From: a virus
Lineage: Duplodnaviria > Caudoviricetes
Direction: 5' to 3' (one strand)
Length of the DNA: 31,568 nt
IMG/VR virus record: IMGVR_UViG_3300032266_000996
Span: 1 to 31,568 of that record
Under the pieces are notes generated by a model. The model had not been told where the DNA came from and made no database searches. It was given only the letters and a program-made list of their open reading frames with translations. The number at the start of each line of letters is the position of its first letter. The stretch's first letter is position 1. Below are positions 28,733 to 31,568 of the stretch, one piece after another. Both the position numbers and the translations under genes were made by a program.

Positions 28733-30152
28733 TAGAAATATCAAGGGCAATGAACTGCGTAAGATCGATGGCAAATATCAATCTCGATATATGCTGGATG
28801 CAGAATTTGTAAAAACAGAATTGGATCAAGTTAGTCCTAGTTTTTGTCTTGCTAAATGGTTCAATGTTAGTATACATATTCCTTCTGGAAGAACCCATAG
28901 TTGTTATCACCCTAGAGCACATGCTATTCCACCGGATGAAATAAAAATCGATGTTAGCGCACTGCATAATACAAAATATAAGAAGTCCCAGCGTAAATTA
29001 ATGTTGGAGGGAATTCGCCCCCAGGAATGTGATTTTTGTTGGCAAATAGAAGATAGCGGCAATGAGTTGAGCGATAGGGCATATCGCAGTAAAGATGTAT
29101 GGGAACCGGAGATCATCGAAGAAGCATTGGTTATTGCAGACACCGGCAATGCAGAACCGAGATATGTTGAAGTAAATTTTAATCAGGCCTGCAATTTTAG
29201 ATGTAGTTATTGTAGTCCTCATCTAAGCACAGCATGGTATGAAGATGTTAAACGCAATGGGCCTTTTATATTGTCTGATAGATGGCACAACGATGTTACC
29301 TGGATTGACAATGAAATTCCTTTAGATAATGGTCCAGATAATCCTTATCTGTTGGCATTTTGGGAATGGTTACCACAGGCCTATAAAAAAATACAGACAT
29401 TCCGAATGACCGGTGGCGAACCTTTAATGGACAAAAATACCTTTAAGATGTTTGATTATGTCAAAGATCATCCCAAGGAAAATCTACATCTTAGCATCAC
29501 TAGTAATTGTTGTCCGCCGGGTAATCAATGGTCAAAATTTATGACTTCATTGAAACAAATAACTGATGCCAACGCAGTTGATCATTTTATGTTATTCTGT
29601 AGCCTTGATAGTTGGGGACGACAGGCTGAATATATTAGAAACGGTATGGATTTTAATCAATTGTTAATTAATATAAAAGATTTTCTGGCCAACAGCGAAA
29701 GACATAGTCTAACTTTTATCATAACTTTTAATGCATTGAGCTATTCGGGAATAATGGAATATTTTAAAAATATTTTGAAATTGAGAAGAAAATTCAGCAA
29801 ACGTCGTCAATTAATTTGGTTTGATATTCCGCAATTACATGACCCTGATTTTTTAAATCCGAGGTTGTTACCGGAAATGGTTGAGGAATTGAAAAAAGTT
29901 AAAGTATACATGATGCAGAACAAGGAAGGTAGGTGGAATCAATTTATGGGATTCAGCGATTTCGAAGTTAGTAAAGTGCAACGCCTAATAGATTGGATCG
30001 AATCACCGACGGATTTTGATAGAAAAAAAGCAATGAAAAACTTTTATCTATTCTTTAGTCAGCAAGATCTGCGATCTGAAAGTAATTTCGTAAATACATT
30101 TCCTGAATTAGAAAAATTTTGGAATGAATGCAAGGAAGCAAATGGACAATAG
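28722..30152 (+). CDS. Radical SAM protein with N-terminal twitch-like Fe-S domain
   Basis: CNFRCSYC (29190-29213), TGGEPL, and N-terminal FC..KW...HSCYH...ECDFCW. ATG 28722 overlapping the upstream stop is preferred to 28650. Confidence 0.88.
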   Translation: MTFNRNIKGNELRKIDGKYQSRYMLDAEFVKTELDQVSPSFCLAKWFNVSIHIPSGRTHSCYHPRAHAIPPDEIKIDVSALHNTKYKKSQRKLMLEGIRPQECDFCWQIEDSGNELSDRAYRSKDVWEPEIIEEALVIADTGNAEPRYVEVNFNQACNFRCSYCSPHLSTAWYEDVKRNGPFILSDRWHNDVTWIDNEIPLDNGPDNPYLLAFWEWLPQAYKKIQTFRMTGGEPLMDKNTFKMFDYVKDHPKENLHLSITSNCCPPGNQWSKFMTSLKQITDANAVDHFMLFCSLDSWGRQAEYIRNGMDFNQLLINIKDFLANSERHSLTFIITFNALSYSGIMEYFKNILKLRRKFSKRRQLIWFDIPQLHDPDFLNPRLLPEMVEELKKVKVYMMQNKEGRWNQFMGFSDFEVSKVQRLIDWIESPTDFDRKKAMKNFYLFFSQQDLRSESNFVNTFPELEKFWNECKEANGQ

Positions 30153-31500
30153 AGTTGAACACATCAAGGGTGTAAGAGATCGATTAAACAAGGTAGGGCC
30201 GGGTTTTTGTGCAATGAAATGGTTGCATCAAACACTGTATCTTCATACCGGCGATAATCATAGTTGTTATCATCCTAGGCCTCATCATATAGGACTAGAT
30301 GAAATCGCCATTGACGCTAGTGCGTTGCATAATACTAAATGGAAAAAACAACAGAGAAAAACAATGTTAGAGGGCGGTAGGCCTAGCGAATGTTACTATT
30401 GTTGGAATATTGAAGATCTAGAAGGTGAACATATCAGCGATAGAATGATTCATAGTTCTTCTGATTTTTCAGAACCCCTGATCGAGGAAATCGCAAAGCT
30501 ACCCTGGGATGCTCCAATCAATCCTAGATATCTCGAGGTTAGTTTTGGCAATGGTTGTAACTATCGATGCGGATACTGTTGTCCGCAGGCCAGCACTATG
30601 TGGACCGAGGAAATTAAAAAACACGGTAACTACGATCTCACGTATAACCAATATGGCATCGAGTTTATGAATAGCGGAACCTATTATGGCCCTAAAGATG
30701 AAAATCCATATATCGAGGCATTTTGGCGTTGGTGGCCTAGTCTACGTAACGATTTGCATACCCTCCGAATTACCGGAGGCGAACCTTTGATGAATCCGGG
30801 TGCTATGCAGTTTTTTGATCTGTTAGAGGATGAACCTGCACCTCATCTTGAAATTACACTTAACAGTAATCTTGGTGTAACCTTTGAAAAAGTTGACAGA
30901 TTGATCTCTCGAGTGACTAGTCTAGTAAACAATAAAAAAATTCGTAGATTCAGTTTTTTTACCAGCATTGATAGTTGGGGAGAACAAGCAGAATATATGC
31001 GTACCGGACTTAAATGCGACCATTGGGAACGCAATATGAAAGCAGTTATCAAGGCCGGAGCAACAGTTAATTTGATGTGTACATACAATGTTCTTTGTGT
31101 AACTAATTTCCAGCAGTTGTTGCACAAGGTCATCGAATGGAGAAAAGAATATGGCATAGAGTCAGTGGCGTTTGATACGCCATATTTAAAAGAACCTCCG
31201 CATTGGATGATCAATATACTCACTGACGATTTTATCAAATATCAAGAAGATACACTAAAATTTATTCAAGATAACCAACAATGGTTCACAGGGGTTGAAT
31301 ATGAAAAATTTAAGCGTGTTACAGATTATATGAAAGAAAATCCAGTTAGCAAAGAAAAAATTCAAGCTGGTCGACGAGATTTTTATAGTTTCTTTACTGA
31401 AAATGATAGAAGATTAGGAACGGACCTTTTAAAAACTTTTCCCGAATATAAGGATTTTTATGAATTATGCAAAACAATTTATGATAAAACCAGAAATTAA
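30142..31500 (+). CDS. Radical SAM protein with N-terminal twitch-like Fe-S domain, paralogue 2
   Basis: CNYRCGYC (30556-30579), TGGEPL, and FCAMKW...HSCYHP...ECYYCW. SD AAGGAAG precedes ATG 30142 (ORF track start is 30124). Confidence 0.88.
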   Translation: MDNRVEHIKGVRDRLNKVGPGFCAMKWLHQTLYLHTGDNHSCYHPRPHHIGLDEIAIDASALHNTKWKKQQRKTMLEGGRPSECYYCWNIEDLEGEHISDRMIHSSSDFSEPLIEEIAKLPWDAPINPRYLEVSFGNGCNYRCGYCCPQASTMWTEEIKKHGNYDLTYNQYGIEFMNSGTYYGPKDENPYIEAFWRWWPSLRNDLHTLRITGGEPLMNPGAMQFFDLLEDEPAPHLEITLNSNLGVTFEKVDRLISRVTSLVNNKKIRRFSFFTSIDSWGEQAEYMRTGLKCDHWERNMKAVIKAGATVNLMCTYNVLCVTNFQQLLHKVIEWRKEYGIESVAFDTPYLKEPPHWMINILTDDFIKYQEDTLKFIQDNQQWFTGVEYEKFKRVTDYMKENPVSKEKIQAGRRDFYSFFTENDRRLGTDLLKTFPEYKDFYELCKTIYDKTRN

Positions 31501-31568
31501 TTTTTGGGATTATCAGCAGATTCAATTTTTGCATATAGAATTATCTAATTTATGCAATGCTGCCTGTC
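31481..31568 (+). CDS. Third radical SAM protein, N-terminal fragment running off the window
   Basis: MIKPEINFWDYQQIQFLHIELSNLCNAAC: typical strand plus the first two Cys of CxxxCxxC; overlaps the upstream gene end by 20 nt. Absent from the ORF track. Confidence 0.75.
   Translation, partial: MIKPEINFWDYQQIQFLHIELSNLCNAAC

Noticed and set aside
30091-30096. Intragenic TAAATA about 45 nt upstream of the second radical SAM start
   Set aside because: Only the 6-mer core, inside coding sequence in AT-rich DNA; cannot be told from chance without transcript data.
2943-31238. Numerous 60-150 aa minus-strand ORFs in the track
   Set aside because: All lie antisense to long plus-strand genes and show no recognisable motifs; typical shadow ORFs.
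1-31568. tRNA/rRNA genes, introns, inteins, mobile elements or alternative genetic code
   Set aside because: Intergenic gaps are at most 72 nt, no such motifs were seen, and TAA, TAG and TGA all end genes at sensible junctions.

Overview
A densely coding, AT-rich, all-plus-strand segment of a large T4-like (probably jumbo) myophage genome. 1-21912 is a tail/baseplate module: a giant baseplate-type protein truncated by the window start (FG-GAP-like propeller with CBM5/12-like inserts), a small baseplate-type protein, four paralogous fibre proteins sharing an N-terminal anchor (one ends in a tail-collar domain, two in peptidase-G2-type autocleaving chaperones), and three paralogous structural proteins (the last with Ig-like, 20-Pro and Gly-rich extensions). 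From a canonical T4 late promoter (TATAAATA, 21953-21960) to the window end runs one overlap-coupled operon: a small conserved-looking protein, three DxD glycosyltransferase-like genes, a hypothetical gene, a frameshift-split gene made of eight DxD-less glycosyltransferase-like repeats plus one intact domain, and at least three radical SAM genes (the third missed by the ORF track). The leading hypothesis is a late-expressed virion glycosylation/modification system. Four intergenic late-promoter boxes lie in loops of inverted repeats; at 21936-21983 the stem clearly sequesters the Shine-Dalgarno sequence. All family assignments come from motif recognition, with no database search.
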